The translations under genes and the position numbers were made by a program. The notes beneath the pieces are model-generated. The model had not been told where the DNA came from and did not search any database. It saw only the letters and a list, made by a program, of their open reading frames with translations. Shown here piece after piece: positions 34,285 through 47,734 of a stretch of DNA of 64,000 bases; position 1 is the first letter of the stretch, and each line of letters opens with the position of its first letter. Location: positions 22,254 to 86,253 of the forward strand of contig JALOAC010000007.1 of assembly GCA_023228985.1 (NCBI GenBank), in the 5' to 3' direction. This stretch comes from Thiopseudomonas sp. (GTDB lineage: Bacteria > Pseudomonadota > Gammaproteobacteria > Pseudomonadales > Pseudomonadaceae).

Positions 34285-37200
34285 ATGCGTCCCTTAGGTA
34301 TTTCAGGCCGCATTGCCGCGGCATTTCAGGCAGCGCAAATTACCCCGCTACTGGCTTTGCTGGCCTTGTTGATGGGTTTGTTCGCTATTTTGGTGACACC
34401 ACAGGAAGAAGAGCCACAAATTAACGTCACCATGGCCAACGTGATTATTCCGTTTCCGGGTGCGGCGGTGCGTGATGTTGAAAGCATGGTCACCAACCCA
34501 GCCGAGCAGGTGTTATCACAAATGGCAGGGGTTGAGCATGTAATGTCTGCCTCACAGCCGGGTGTGTCGGTGATTACCGTGCAATTTGAAGTGGGCGTTA
34601 CCCGCAATGATGCCTTGGTCAAACTGCACGATACGCTGCGTTCTAACGAAAGCTGGTTACCGCGTGATTTGGGTGTTTTACCGCCGATCACGCGTCCCAT
34701 GGGGATTGATGATGTGCCCATTGTGGCGTTGACGTTGTATCACACCAACCCTGATTTTGGCGCCTATGATCTGCAGCGCATTGCCCACAGTATTGAAGTG
34801 GAGCTTAAACGTGTACCAGGTACGCGTGAAGTGGACACCATCGGTGGGCCGGGGCGCGTGGTGCGGGTTGATTTAGAGCCTGAGCGTTTAAGCGCGGTGG
34901 GCTTAACCGTGAATGATTTACGCATGGCGCTGCAATCAGCCAACCTGGGTTTGCCCAGTGGTGAGCTGATTAGTGGCAACCAATCGATTCAAATTGAAGC
35001 AGGGCGTTTTTTAAACAATGCCCGCGAAGTGGCCGAGCTAGTGGTGGGTGTGCATCAGGACCGCGCCATTTTCCTCGGCGATGTGGCTGAGGTCAGTGAA
35101 GGGCCGTTGCCGCCGAGCAACTATGTACGTTTTGGCAGTGCCGGTGAGCAGGCGCAAGAGTTTCCTGCGGTGACGTTGACGGTAACAAAAAAACCGGGTG
35201 AAAACGCCATTGATGTATCGGAAGCGGTGATGGCACGTGTGGCGGAGCTACAAAACACCCTGATTCCCATGGATGTGGAAGTGGTAGAAACCCGTGATTA
35301 TGGGGCGACTGCCAACGAAAAAGCACGTCAGCTGATTCAAAAACTCATTTTTGCCACCCTGTCTGTTGTGGCGTTGGTGTTCTTTGCTTTGGGACGCCGT
35401 GAAGCGGCTATTTTAGGCGTGGCCGTAGGGTTAACCCTAGCCGCTACGCTGTTTGCTTCTTGGGCATGGGGTTTTACCCTGAACCGAGTATCCCTGTTCG
35501 CACTGATTTTCTCGATCGGTATTTTGGTGGATGACGCCATTGTGGTGGTGGAAAATATTCACCGACACCAAAAACTCTTCCCCGAGAAAACCCTGTTGCA
35601 AATTATCCCACCAGCTGTGGATGAAGTGGGTGGGCCCACCATTCTAGCGACCTTTACCGTGATTGCTGCTTTGTTGCCGATGGCTTTTGTATCTGGCTTG
35701 ATGGGACCCTATATGGGCCCGATTCCGATTAACGCCAGTATGGGGATGGTGTTGTCACTGGCGATTGCCTTTACGTTAACGCCTTGGTTGGCGCGGTTGT
35801 GGCTGAAAAAAGCCGTGCCTAGCAGCGCCGAGCAGACAACTGAAAAGCCAGCGAAATTGCTGGCATTCTTATCGCGCTTATTCCATGGCATTTTCGCCCC
35901 CTTCTTGGATACGAAGAAAGGCACGCGCAATCGCTTCTTTCTGGGTCTGGTGGTGATGGGGCTGATTGGTATTTCGATGGCGTTACCGGTAACCGGTTTG
36001 GTGCTGTTGAAAATGCTGCCCTTTGATAACAAATCCGAGTTTCAGGTGATTGTGGATATGCCCGCAGGCACGCCCTTGGAGCAGACCTCAGCGGTGCTCG
36101 GTGAGCTGGGTGCTTACCTGTCCACAGTGCCGGAAGTGGTGAATTATCAAAGCTATGCTGGCACCGCCTCGCCGATTAACTTTAACGGTTTGGTGCGCCA
36201 GTATTATTTGCGTAGTGGCAGTGAAAGCGGTGATTTACAGGTCAATCTAGTGGATAAAGCCGAGCGAAAAGACCAAAGCCATGCGATTGCCACGCGCTTG
36301 CGTCCTGAGTTGCAGCGTATTGGCGAGGCTTTTGGCGCGAATGTCAAAGTGGTTGAAGTCCCCCCGGGTCCACCGGTTCAAGCGCCCATTGTGGCGGAAA
36401 TCTACGGGCCAACGGCAGAAGGTCGTCGTGAGGTCGCAGATGCCGTCGCAGCCGCGTTGAGAAACGTGGACGGTGTGGTGGATATTGACGACAGCTCCAT
36501 TGCTGATGCCCCGCGTAAACTATTGATTATTGACCGCAGCAAAGCCAGTCAGCTGGGTGTGGCACAGGCGGATATTGTCGCTACCTTGCGTGCGGGTTTG
36601 CATGGTGAGGATGCGGCTTGGTTGCATGATGGCAGCAAGTATCCGGCCTCGGCCTATATCCAATTAAAGCCTGAGTTACACGGTGACTTGAATGCGCTGT
36701 TGCAGTTAAAAGTACGTAGCCGTAGCGGTGCGCTGATTGCCATTGAAGAATTGGTGCAGATTACGGACACCTTGCGCGAGCAACCAATTTTCCATAAAGA
36801 CCTGCTTCCCGTGCACTTTGTGACGGCGGATATGGCCGGTAAGGTTGATAGCCCGTTGTACGGCATGTTCTGGTCACGCGCAGAAATTGGCGAGATTATC
36901 ACCCCAGCGGGCACGCCGATTGATGAGTACTTTATCAATCAGCCCAGCGACCCCTACCGTAACTACGCAATGAAGTGGGACGGGGAGTGGCAGATCACCT
37001 ATGAAACCTTCCGTGATATGGGCGCTGCCTATGCGGTGGGCATTCTGTTGATTTATCTGTTGGTGGTGGCGCACTTTTCCTCTTATTTAACGCCGCTCAT
37101 TATCATGGCGCCTATTCCGCTGACCATTATTGGTGTCATGCCTGGGCATGCTTTGCTGGGGCAGCAATTTACGGCTACCAGCATGATCGGCATGATCGCG

Positions 37201-37518
37201 CTGGCAGGAATTATCGTGCGTAACTCTATTCTTTTGGTTGATTTTATTAATCTTGAAATTGCCAAAGGACGCACTATTGAACAAGCCGTGGTGGACTCCG
37301 CCATTATCCGTGCGCAACCCATTGTGCTGACGGGTTTGGCAGCGATGTTAGGGGCGTTGTTTATTCTGGATGACCCTATCTTTAACGGCCTTGCTATTTC
37401 ACTGATCTTTGGTGTGCTGGTGTCAACCTTGCTCACCTTGGTGGTGATTCCCTTGCTGTATTACGCAGCTTATCGCAACAAAATTGAACGCATTATTCCT
37501 CAAGGAGATACACAATGA
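34285..37518 (+). CDS. RND efflux inner-membrane transporter (AcrB/AcrD/AcrF family)
   Basis: 1077 aa; IGILVDDAIVVVENI proton-relay motif, GIIVRNSILLVDF and RAQPIVLT. Confidence 0.94.
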   Translation: MRPLGISGRIAAAFQAAQITPLLALLALLMGLFAILVTPQEEEPQINVTMANVIIPFPGAAVRDVESMVTNPAEQVLSQMAGVEHVMSASQPGVSVITVQFEVGVTRNDALVKLHDTLRSNESWLPRDLGVLPPITRPMGIDDVPIVALTLYHTNPDFGAYDLQRIAHSIEVELKRVPGTREVDTIGGPGRVVRVDLEPERLSAVGLTVNDLRMALQSANLGLPSGELISGNQSIQIEAGRFLNNAREVAELVVGVHQDRAIFLGDVAEVSEGPLPPSNYVRFGSAGEQAQEFPAVTLTVTKKPGENAIDVSEAVMARVAELQNTLIPMDVEVVETRDYGATANEKARQLIQKLIFATLSVVALVFFALGRREAAILGVAVGLTLAATLFASWAWGFTLNRVSLFALIFSIGILVDDAIVVVENIHRHQKLFPEKTLLQIIPPAVDEVGGPTILATFTVIAALLPMAFVSGLMGPYMGPIPINASMGMVLSLAIAFTLTPWLARLWLKKAVPSSAEQTTEKPAKLLAFLSRLFHGIFAPFLDTKKGTRNRFFLGLVVMGLIGISMALPVTGLVLLKMLPFDNKSEFQVIVDMPAGTPLEQTSAVLGELGAYLSTVPEVVNYQSYAGTASPINFNGLVRQYYLRSGSESGDLQVNLVDKAERKDQSHAIATRLRPELQRIGEAFGANVKVVEVPPGPPVQAPIVAEIYGPTAEGRREVADAVAAALRNVDGVVDIDDSSIADAPRKLLIIDRSKASQLGVAQADIVATLRAGLHGEDAAWLHDGSKYPASAYIQLKPELHGDLNALLQLKVRSRSGALIAIEELVQITDTLREQPIFHKDLLPVHFVTADMAGKVDSPLYGMFWSRAEIGEIITPAGTPIDEYFINQPSDPYRNYAMKWDGEWQITYETFRDMGAAYAVGILLIYLLVVAHFSSYLTPLIIMAPIPLTIIGVMPGHALLGQQFTATSMIGMIALAGIIVRNSILLVDFINLEIAKGRTIEQAVVDSAIIRAQPIVLTGLAAMLGALFILDDPIFNGLAISLIFGVLVSTLLTLVVIPLLYYAAYRNKIERIIPQGDTQ

Positions 37519-37724
37519 CTTCATGGCAACTTGTACGTGTGATTGCAGGTGTTTTTATCATGCTCACTTTGGCGCTGGGTGTGCCTTCCAGCCCAATTTT
37601 TGTGAATGAGTGGTTCTTAGCCTTCACACTTTTTGTGGGCGCCAATATTTTCCAGAGCGGACTGACTAAGTGGTGCTTGCTGGAAACCATTCTACGTAAA
37701 GTAGGTGTAAAACCGGGTTGTTAA
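37515..37724 (+). CDS. DUF2892 (YgaP-like) small membrane protein
   Basis: 69 aa, two TMs, FQSGLTKWC motif; ATGA overlap with the RND gene. Confidence 0.8.
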   Translation: MTSWQLVRVIAGVFIMLTLALGVPSSPIFVNEWFLAFTLFVGANIFQSGLTKWCLLETILRKVGVKPGC

Positions 37725-37731
37725 GGTGCAA

Positions 37732-39123
37732 ATGATGGCAGCTAAAAAACTACGCTTAATCGGCTTGGCGTTTGCCCTCTGTGCAGCTGCATGGCAGGGC
37801 ACCGCCAGTGCACAGCCGTTGGATTTGTTAAGCACATTGCAGCTCGCCGTGCAGCAAGATCCGCAGTACCGCGCCGATCAGGCGGCTGCAGAGGCAGGAT
37901 GAACGCAAACACAGCAGGCGCGTAGTTTATGGCTGCCTACCTTGGGTGCCAGCGGTACAGCAGGGCGCGGTGGTCATAAGAGCACCAGCCAAGGCGCTAA
38001 CTTTTCAGCGCCGGGCATGGGCACGCATAATCAAGTGGAGTTTAATAACTCCATCACCGGGGGCGACTTGCGCGCCTATGAAATCGGTTTAAAACAACCC
38101 TTGCTCAGTCGCGAACGCTTGGCGCAAAGTCGTCAGTTGCGTTTGGCCAGTGAGTTGTCGGATTTGCAATGGCAGCATGCACAGCAACAGCTGATTTTAA
38201 AGGTGGTTGAGCGTTATTTTGATGTCTTAGTCGCCCGGCAAACCACCGAACTACTTGAGCAGCAATACGCCCAGGCCAGCACGGCGCAGCAAGAAACTCA
38301 AGCGCGCTTTGAAGTGGGGGACCGTCCAGTGACGGACAGCTACGAAGCCACCGCACAAGCTCGTACATTGGAGGCGCAATTGCTGTCTGCGCGCATGCAG
38401 CAGCAGCTAGCCGAAGCGGCTTTTTTTGATTTAACCCAAACCGCGCCTGATGCCTTACAGGGATTACCCCTAGCCGCGCCAGTCGACAGGCCTGAGTTAG
38501 CGGCTTTGCAGGAGTGGCTAACCGATGCTGTACAGCAGAACCCAGCGGTACTGATGCAAGACAAAGGGGTACATATCGCCCAAGAAGAGATTGCCAGTTA
38601 TTCCAGCTGGCAAAGCCCAACACTGGATTTGGTGGGCCGTTTAAGCCATGAAAAGCTCGATGGTAGCGGCCGTTATGGCTCAGCCTTGAACAAGGCCGAT
38701 GACTGGATGGTTGGCCTGCAGGTTAACGTGCCGATTTTCACCGGTGGTTATCGCAGCGCCAAGCGTAAAGAAGCGTTTTACAACCACGAGCAGCAGTTGG
38801 CGCAAGCGCAAAACGTACGTCAGCAGGTGCAGCAGCAAACCCGCGCTGCTTGGCATGCGGTGCAGGTCAGTGCACAGCAGGTTGATGCCTTGCAACAGGC
38901 ACTGCAGGCGAGCCAGTTACGTGCCGATTCCACCCGCCTAGGGCAGAAACTGGGTGATAAAACCACCCTTGAAGCCTTGGATGCGGACAACCAGCTCACC
39001 CGCGTGCAAATTGATTTACTCAACGCCAAGGTGGCCTTAATTGTGCATCAGCTGCAGTTGGCGGCTTTGGTTGGCGCGCTGGATGAGCAGCATTTGGTAC
39101 AGGCCAATCAGTACCTGCAGTAG
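37732..39123 (+). pseudogene. TolC-family outer-membrane factor interrupted by a single in-frame TGA (37900-37902)
   Basis: ATG 37732 gives a signal peptide MMAAKKLRLIGLAFALCAAAWQGTASA then QPLDLLSTLQLAVQQDPQY...EAG*TQTQQARSLWLP, continuing in the same frame into the 37942-39123 TolC-like ORF. Confidence 0.85.
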
Positions 39124-39141
39124 AGTCACTGGTGGGCACTT

Positions 39142-40410
39142 GTGCCCACACAGGCACCAGCCAAACCTCAACACGAATCATTTGAAAAGTATAGAATTCA
39201 TCCAGATCAAATTTGGAGGGCAATTGTGCCTATTACAGTATGGGGTTTAGCCATCGCACAGGCGTTGCTAGGCACAGGAAATATCTTACTGGTCGCCGTG
39301 TCTGCCTTAATTGGTAAGGAGCTGGCGACCCATCCGGCGCAGATTACCTTGCCGATGGCGTTTCAGTTCTTAGGAGTGATTGCTGCCACCTTGCCCGCTG
39401 CGCATATCATGCAACGCTTGGGACGTAAAGTTGGCTTTTTATTGGGTAACAGCATTGGCTTGTTTGGGGCATGGGTGGCATTGCAGGGCTTGCATGCCAG
39501 TGATATTTGGTTGTTTGCCGTGGGCACTATGTTGATTGGGGTGGCGATTGGTACCAGTCAGCAATACCGTTTTGCTGCCTTGGACTGCGCTCCTAACCAC
39601 CGTTCTCGCGCCATCAGTATGGTGATGGCCGGTGGTGTACTGGCGGCTATCTTGGGGCCTAACATGGCCGACTGGGCGCAACACTGGTATTCAGGCAGCC
39701 CCTTTGTCGGCTCGTTCTATGGTTTGGCCGGCCTGTATGCGTTGGCGCTGGTATTAATTGCGCTCTTGCCTTTACCGCCGGCGAAAGCCCGCGACCACAC
39801 AGAAACACCGCGCAGTTACCGTACCCTGTTTCAGCAGCCGATCTTGATTGCCGCCATTGCGGCAGGTGCGATTGGATACGGCATCATGGTGCTACTCATG
39901 ACCGCCACGCCTTTGGCGATGCAGCATGATGAGTTTCCATTTCCGGATATCACTACGGTGATCCAGTGGCATGTGTTAGGTATGTTTGTGCCTTCGTTTT
40001 TTACCGGGCATTTGATCCGCCGTTTTAGCTCGCGCATAGTGATTTTATGGGGCTGTGCGTTGCTGCTTATCTGCATTGTAATTCACATGCTGGGGCAGAG
40101 CTTTGCGCACTATTTGGCGGGATTGCTGTTACTGGGGGTGGGCTGGAACTTTACTTTTATTGGCGGCACGCACCTGTTGACCTACACCTACGAGCCAGCC
40201 GAGCAGGGCAAGGTGCAGGGGATTAATGAGTTTTTAGTTTTTACGGCTGCAGCGGTGGGCAGTCTGTTTGCCGGACAGGGAATACACGCGTTAGGCTGGC
40301 TTGGCCTTAATTTGGCGTCGATTCCCTTTATCCTCTTGGTGGCCGTGGTGATTATGCGTCTGCAAGACAGCCGCTCGCGGGAGAAAGAGCGCAAAGTGGT
40401 GGTCGATTAA
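39142..40410 (+). CDS. MFS transporter
   Basis: About 12 hydrophobic segments; QRLGRKVGF, QQYRFAALD and HVLGMFVPSFFTGHLIRRF. Confidence 0.88.
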   Translation: MPTQAPAKPQHESFEKYRIHPDQIWRAIVPITVWGLAIAQALLGTGNILLVAVSALIGKELATHPAQITLPMAFQFLGVIAATLPAAHIMQRLGRKVGFLLGNSIGLFGAWVALQGLHASDIWLFAVGTMLIGVAIGTSQQYRFAALDCAPNHRSRAISMVMAGGVLAAILGPNMADWAQHWYSGSPFVGSFYGLAGLYALALVLIALLPLPPAKARDHTETPRSYRTLFQQPILIAAIAAGAIGYGIMVLLMTATPLAMQHDEFPFPDITTVIQWHVLGMFVPSFFTGHLIRRFSSRIVILWGCALLLICIVIHMLGQSFAHYLAGLLLLGVGWNFTFIGGTHLLTYTYEPAEQGKVQGINEFLVFTAAAVGSLFAGQGIHALGWLGLNLASIPFILLVAVVIMRLQDSRSREKERKVVVD

Positions 40411-40512
40411 ACTCGGTGCAAGCCATCAAGCATCTAGCTTGGCGGGAATGTTTTTGGCATTTATGAGTGCTGCTGCTAGTATTGCACCTCTATTTTCCAC
40501 CTAAAAACCATC

Positions 40513-40908
40513 ATGAAATTTGTCTTACTTATCTCCTCAGCACCGCAGTCACCTGCCACGCGGCGAGCCCTGCGTTTTGCAGAAGCGCTGCTTGAGTCCG
40601 GGCATCGCCTTGAGCGTGTATTTTTCTATCAAGAAGCCGTGCACATAGCGTCTAAGCTGTTGGTGTATCCGCAAGACGAACCCAATATTGCCCAGCAATG
40701 GCAAGCCTTTATTCAACAACATCAGCTTGACGCTGTGGTGTGCATCGCTGCCGCTTTGCGTCGCGGCGTGGTGGATGAGGGTGAAGCGCAACGCTATCAG
40801 TTACAGGCGAGTAATTTAGCGCAAGGCTATGCGCTTTCAGGTTTAGGTCAGTTGCATGAGGCCGTCCAGCAGGCCGATCGCTTGGTCCATTTTAGGGGGC
40901 AGGCATGA
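40513..40908 (+). CDS. tusD: Sulfurtransferase complex subunit TusD (DsrE family)
   Basis: VFFYQEAV and VCIAAALRRG with the active Cys; SGLGQL. Confidence 0.93.
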   Translation: MKFVLLISSAPQSPATRRALRFAEALLESGHRLERVFFYQEAVHIASKLLVYPQDEPNIAQQWQAFIQQHQLDAVVCIAAALRRGVVDEGEAQRYQLQASNLAQGYALSGLGQLHEAVQQADRLVHFRGQA

Positions 40909-41264
40909 GTGTTTCGGTGTTGTTGATTAGCCGCAGCAGTCCTTGGTCAGGTTTGGCCGCGCGGGAAGCTTTGGATATTGCCTTGTCGGGCGGCGCTTTT
41001 GATCTGCCGATGAGCATGCTGTGGCTCGATGAAGGGGTTTGGCAGTTGGTGGGCGAGCAGCAACCGCAACAGCTGGAACAAAAAAACCTGCCCGCACAGC
41101 TCAGTGCTTTACCTATGTTTGGCATAGAAAAGCTCTATGTGGCGCAACACAGTCTTGAGCAACGCGGCTTAACTGAAGCCGATTTGATGCTTGAGGTGTC
41201 AGTGGTGGATGCAGGGCAAATCGCGCAACTTATTGAGCAGCATCAACAGGTACTCAGCCTCTAA
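40905..41264 (+). CDS. tusC: TusC (DsrF family)
   Basis: SSPWSG...AREALDIAL...AFDL...LDEGVWQL. Confidence 0.9.
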   Translation: MSVSVLLISRSSPWSGLAAREALDIALSGGAFDLPMSMLWLDEGVWQLVGEQQPQQLEQKNLPAQLSALPMFGIEKLYVAQHSLEQRGLTEADLMLEVSVVDAGQIAQLIEQHQQVLSL

Positions 41265-41521
41265 TGACCAGTTTACATATTATTAATCACTTAGCTGACG
41301 TGAAGACGTGTCAGGCATTGATTGCGGATACGGATGCCGTGCTGCTGTGCGGCGATGCTGTGTATGCCTTACGTCAACCCTTGGGTTTAACGCACAGGCT
41401 GTATGCGCTAGCTGAGGATGTCCAAGCGCGTGGGCTTGAGTCTTTTAATCAGGCAAAGAGTGTGGATTACCCAGAGTTTGTCGCCCTGTGTGCCAGCTAT
41501 ACCAAGGTGGTGGCATGGTAA
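41264..41521 (+). CDS. tusB: TusB (DsrH family)
   Basis: DAVLLCGDAVY...YALAEDVQARG...VDYPEFVAL. Confidence 0.88.
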   Translation: MTSLHIINHLADVKTCQALIADTDAVLLCGDAVYALRQPLGLTHRLYALAEDVQARGLESFNQAKSVDYPEFVALCASYTKVVAW

Positions 41522-41853
41522 AAGCACTGCAAGTGGGCGGAAGACTCATTGAGTTAGATGAAGACCTTTGTTTAGTTAGGCTGGCTGATTGGGATGAGCA
41601 GGTCGCACAAGCTTTGGCGGAGCAGGAGGGTATCGAGCTGCAAGCCGAGCACTGGCTAGTTCTCTATGCGTTGCGCGACTTTTACCAAGAATTTGATTTA
41701 TCACCGCCTAATCGCGCGCTAGTAAAGTATTTAGCCCAGCGTTTTGGTAAAGAGGTGGGTAATAGCATGTACCTAAACAGCCTGTTTAAAGGCACACCAG
41801 CTAAATTGGCTGCCCGTTTGGCGGGTTTACCTAAGCCAGCCAACTGTTTTTAG
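41515..41853 (+). CDS. tusE: TusE sulfur relay protein
   Basis: WDEQVA...HWLVL...LAGLPKPANCF with only the penultimate Cys; ATG 41515. Confidence 0.9.
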   Translation: MVKALQVGGRLIELDEDLCLVRLADWDEQVAQALAEQEGIELQAEHWLVLYALRDFYQEFDLSPPNRALVKYLAQRFGKEVGNSMYLNSLFKGTPAKLAARLAGLPKPANCF

Positions 41854-41929
41854 TTTTTAAACAACTACTCAATAAGAGAATTCTAGAGCGGTGCGCTGGT
41901 GCGCTGCGCTTAAATAATAAGGAAAATTA

Positions 41930-42895
41930 ATGACTCAGCATGAACACCCATTTGCGACCTACATTCGAATTTTAGGCAAGGGCCAAAAAGGATCTCGAGG
42001 CTTAACTCGAGCAGAAGCTTATACCGCTATGGGGATGCTGCTGGATGGCAAGATAGAAGACACTCAGCTGGGTGCTTTTTTAATGCTGCTGCGCTTTAAA
42101 GAAGAAACCGCCGAAGAGTTGGCTGGTTTTGCCCAGGCGGTGCAGGAGCGCGTGCAAGCACCCAAAATCCAAGTGGATTTGGACTGGCCCAGCTACGCGG
42201 GGAAAAAACGTCAACTGCCTTGGTATTTATTAGCGATTAAAGCTCTGGCACAGTCAGGTGTACGGATTTTTATTCATGGCGGTGGGCAGCATACCGCTGG
42301 ACGCTTATATACCGAAGACTTGCTGGAAACCTTGAGCATTCCCCGCTGCAATAGCTGGGATGAGGTCAGTCAGGCGCTGGATAAACAGAATGTGGCCTAT
42401 ATGGGGCTGGGGCAGTGGATGCCGCGCTTGCAACGCTGCATTGATCTGCGTAACACCCTAGGTTTGCGCTCACCGGTGCACTCATTGGCACGCTTGCTGA
42501 ACCCCTTGCAAGCGCAATGTGTTTTACAAAGTATTTTCCATCCGGGTTATCAGCCTATCCAACAGCAAGCCAACGTCTTGATGGGGCAGCGCTCGTTAGT
42601 GATTAAAGGCGATGGGGGCGAAATTGAAGTACGTCCCGAAGCAACTGACACCCTAATGGGTGCAACTGATGGGCAGGCATGGGATGAAGAGTGGCCCGCG
42701 CAAATAGCGCGCCAAGTCAAAGCGCCAACCTTAGAGCCGCAGCGTTTGTTAGCGCTTTGGCAGGGGCAGGACAGTGATCTGTATGGCGAGCAAGCCATTA
42801 TCGCCACCATCGCTTTGGGCCTGCGTGGTTTAGGGCAAGAGCGTGAGCAAGCTTTTGCGCAGGCACAAAAGATTTGGCAAGCAAGGCAACTCTAG
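41930..42895 (+). CDS. Glycosyl transferase family 3 / YbiB-like (TrpD fold) protein
   Basis: ILGKGQKGSRGLT, QLGAFLMLLRFKEET, DLDWPSYAGKKR and SIFHPGY; follows tusE as in Pseudomonas. Confidence 0.82.
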   Translation: MTQHEHPFATYIRILGKGQKGSRGLTRAEAYTAMGMLLDGKIEDTQLGAFLMLLRFKEETAEELAGFAQAVQERVQAPKIQVDLDWPSYAGKKRQLPWYLLAIKALAQSGVRIFIHGGGQHTAGRLYTEDLLETLSIPRCNSWDEVSQALDKQNVAYMGLGQWMPRLQRCIDLRNTLGLRSPVHSLARLLNPLQAQCVLQSIFHPGYQPIQQQANVLMGQRSLVIKGDGGEIEVRPEATDTLMGATDGQAWDEEWPAQIARQVKAPTLEPQRLLALWQGQDSDLYGEQAIIATIALGLRGLGQEREQAFAQAQKIWQARQL

Positions 42896-43332
42896 CTTTC
42901 TTGTCTGATACTGACTGCAAGAATATCGCAGGGCGCACGGGATAACAGATCGCTGGTGGTTGAACCAAACAGCAGTGCTAATCCGTGTCGTCCGTGACTG
43001 CCAACCACAATCAGATCGCAGTTTTCTTCTTCTGCTAACTGGTGAATTTCCTGTCGTGCTTGCCCATGGCGCACAAAGCAGTGCTCAGTGTCCAGTTGCG
43101 AATACTGACTCTGCAATTCCCCAAGCCTTGTTTGCGCTTGTTCATTTTGCTGCTCTTGTAGCAAACTCAAATCCATCGGCACATCGCCACCAAAGGCCAT
43201 GGACAGAGGCTCAATCACATGAATGAGTGATATTTTGCTGTTAAAACTCGATTGCAGTTCTATTGCTTTGCGTAATACGCAGTGACAATCTTCGCTCATG
43301 TCTGTAGCGACCAAAATATGCTGGTAAGCCAT
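42892..43332 (-). CDS. Universal stress protein (single domain)
   Basis: YQHILVATD and DLIVVGSHGRHGLALLFGST...CDILAV; ATG 43332. Confidence 0.92.
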   Translation of the reverse strand: MAYQHILVATDMSEDCHCVLRKAIELQSSFNSKISLIHVIEPLSMAFGGDVPMDLSLLQEQQNEQAQTRLGELQSQYSQLDTEHCFVRHGQARQEIHQLAEEENCDLIVVGSHGRHGLALLFGSTTSDLLSRAPCDILAVSIRQES

Positions 43333-43512
43333 ACTGGAATCCCCGTTGATCTTCTTTACCTGTTTATAGTCTTTGCGCAGCCCGATGTAAAGCATGCTTG
43401 GCGGATCTGTTTATTTTTTTGTGAGCGAAAATAAAGCCTCATTAAAATGCTTGAAAATCAACAGACTGGTTTTGGCTTTGACTATCGATAGTATAAAAAC
43501 ACGTATGAGTAA

Positions 43513-43568
43513 TTGACAAAGACCGAAAATTCCGAGAATGTGTAGTTATAAATCAAACGAGCGTATGA
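43513..43568 (+). promoter_or_regulatory. fadBA promoter: -35 TTGACA (43513-43518) and PsrA-like operator (43553-43568)
   Basis: TCAAAC-GAGC-GTATGA; PsrA repression of fadBA is established in Pseudomonas. Confidence 0.72.
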
Positions 43569-43646
43569 AATGCTTGTTGGTTAAAATAAATTGGCTGGAT
43601 TACATGCTGTAGGGCAGTCAGTTTTCATAATAATAGTGGAGAGCAG

Positions 43647-47004
<3,358 letters not shown>

Positions 47005-47035
47005 AGGCTTTCACATAGGCAAACTGTCGATAAAT

Positions 47036-47067
47036 AAAAAACCGGGGGCAGGACCTCCGGTTTTTTT
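47036..47067 (+). terminator. fadBA intrinsic terminator
   Basis: AAAAAACCGGGGG-CAGGA-CCTCCGGTTTTTTT. Confidence 0.85.
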
Positions 47068-47137
47068 ATGGCTGTTTTGCGCTGCTAGTGGCGCTGAGCT
47101 AAGCTTGTTACCCATTATTAGCAAAAAAACTTCTCCC

Positions 47138-47734
47138 ATGAGTTATTGGCAAGCTGAAAATAGCGCAAGTTTTACCTTGGAAATCAAAAAAAGTCGCTTT
47201 ATTGCGCTGGCGTATCCCTGTGCTTCGCGTGAGCAGGCGCTGGCTTTTTTAGAGCAGGCTAAAATTGATTACCCAGATGCGCGTCATCACTGCTGGGCTT
47301 ATGTGGTTGGCGATCCTAATAACGCTGCAAGCATGGCGGCCAATGATGATGGTGAGCCCTCAGGCACAGCAGGTAAACCTATCTTGAATGTGCTGCAACA
47401 TAAGAATATCGGTGACCTAATGTTGATAGTAGTGCGTTATTTTGGCGGCATTAAGTTAGGTGCAGGCGGGTTGATGCGCGCCTATGGGCAAGCAGCAGAC
47501 GGTGTAGTGCAGGCGTTACAGTTGGTTAAGCCCGTGGCTATGCAGGAGTGGCTGGTGAATTGCGACTTTGCTCAAGAACAATACTTGCGTTATTGGCTGG
47601 AACAGCAGGGCGGACAGCTGCTAGATATTCACTACAGTGAACAGGTACAGGCAAAAGTATTGCTGCCGCAAACAATTACTATGCCGGATGAGCAGTTAGC
47701 AGCGCAGGCAATACATTTTCGGATCGGCGAATAA
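47138..47734 (+). CDS. yigZ: YigZ/IMPACT family protein
   Basis: EIKKSRF, ARHHCWAY, DDGEPSGTAGKP and VVRYFGGIKLGAGGL; ATG 47138. Confidence 0.9.
   Translation: MSYWQAENSASFTLEIKKSRFIALAYPCASREQALAFLEQAKIDYPDARHHCWAYVVGDPNNAASMAANDDGEPSGTAGKPILNVLQHKNIGDLMLIVVRYFGGIKLGAGGLMRAYGQAADGVVQALQLVKPVAMQEWLVNCDFAQEQYLRYWLEQQGGQLLDIHYSEQVQAKVLLPQTITMPDEQLAAQAIHFRIGE

Noticed and set aside
37900-37902. In-frame TGA in tolC as selenocysteine recoding
   Set aside because: TolC proteins have no catalytic Cys/Sec at this position, and no convincing bacterial SECIS hairpin follows. Nonsense mutation or error is simpler.
40513-41853. dsrEFH-dsrC sulfur-oxidation genes
   Set aside because: The DsrC-like protein has only the penultimate Cys (LAGLPKPANCF) and no dsrAB is present. 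This is the housekeeping tusDCBE tRNA-thiolation relay.
42892-42895. Convergent genes sharing stop codons in one CTAG palindrome with no terminator
   Set aside because: This is common in compact genomes, and there is no evidence of function.
43451-43461. TTGAAAATCAA as an Anr box for the single-domain usp gene
   Set aside because: The arm spacing is three bases too short for TTGAT-N4-ATCAA.
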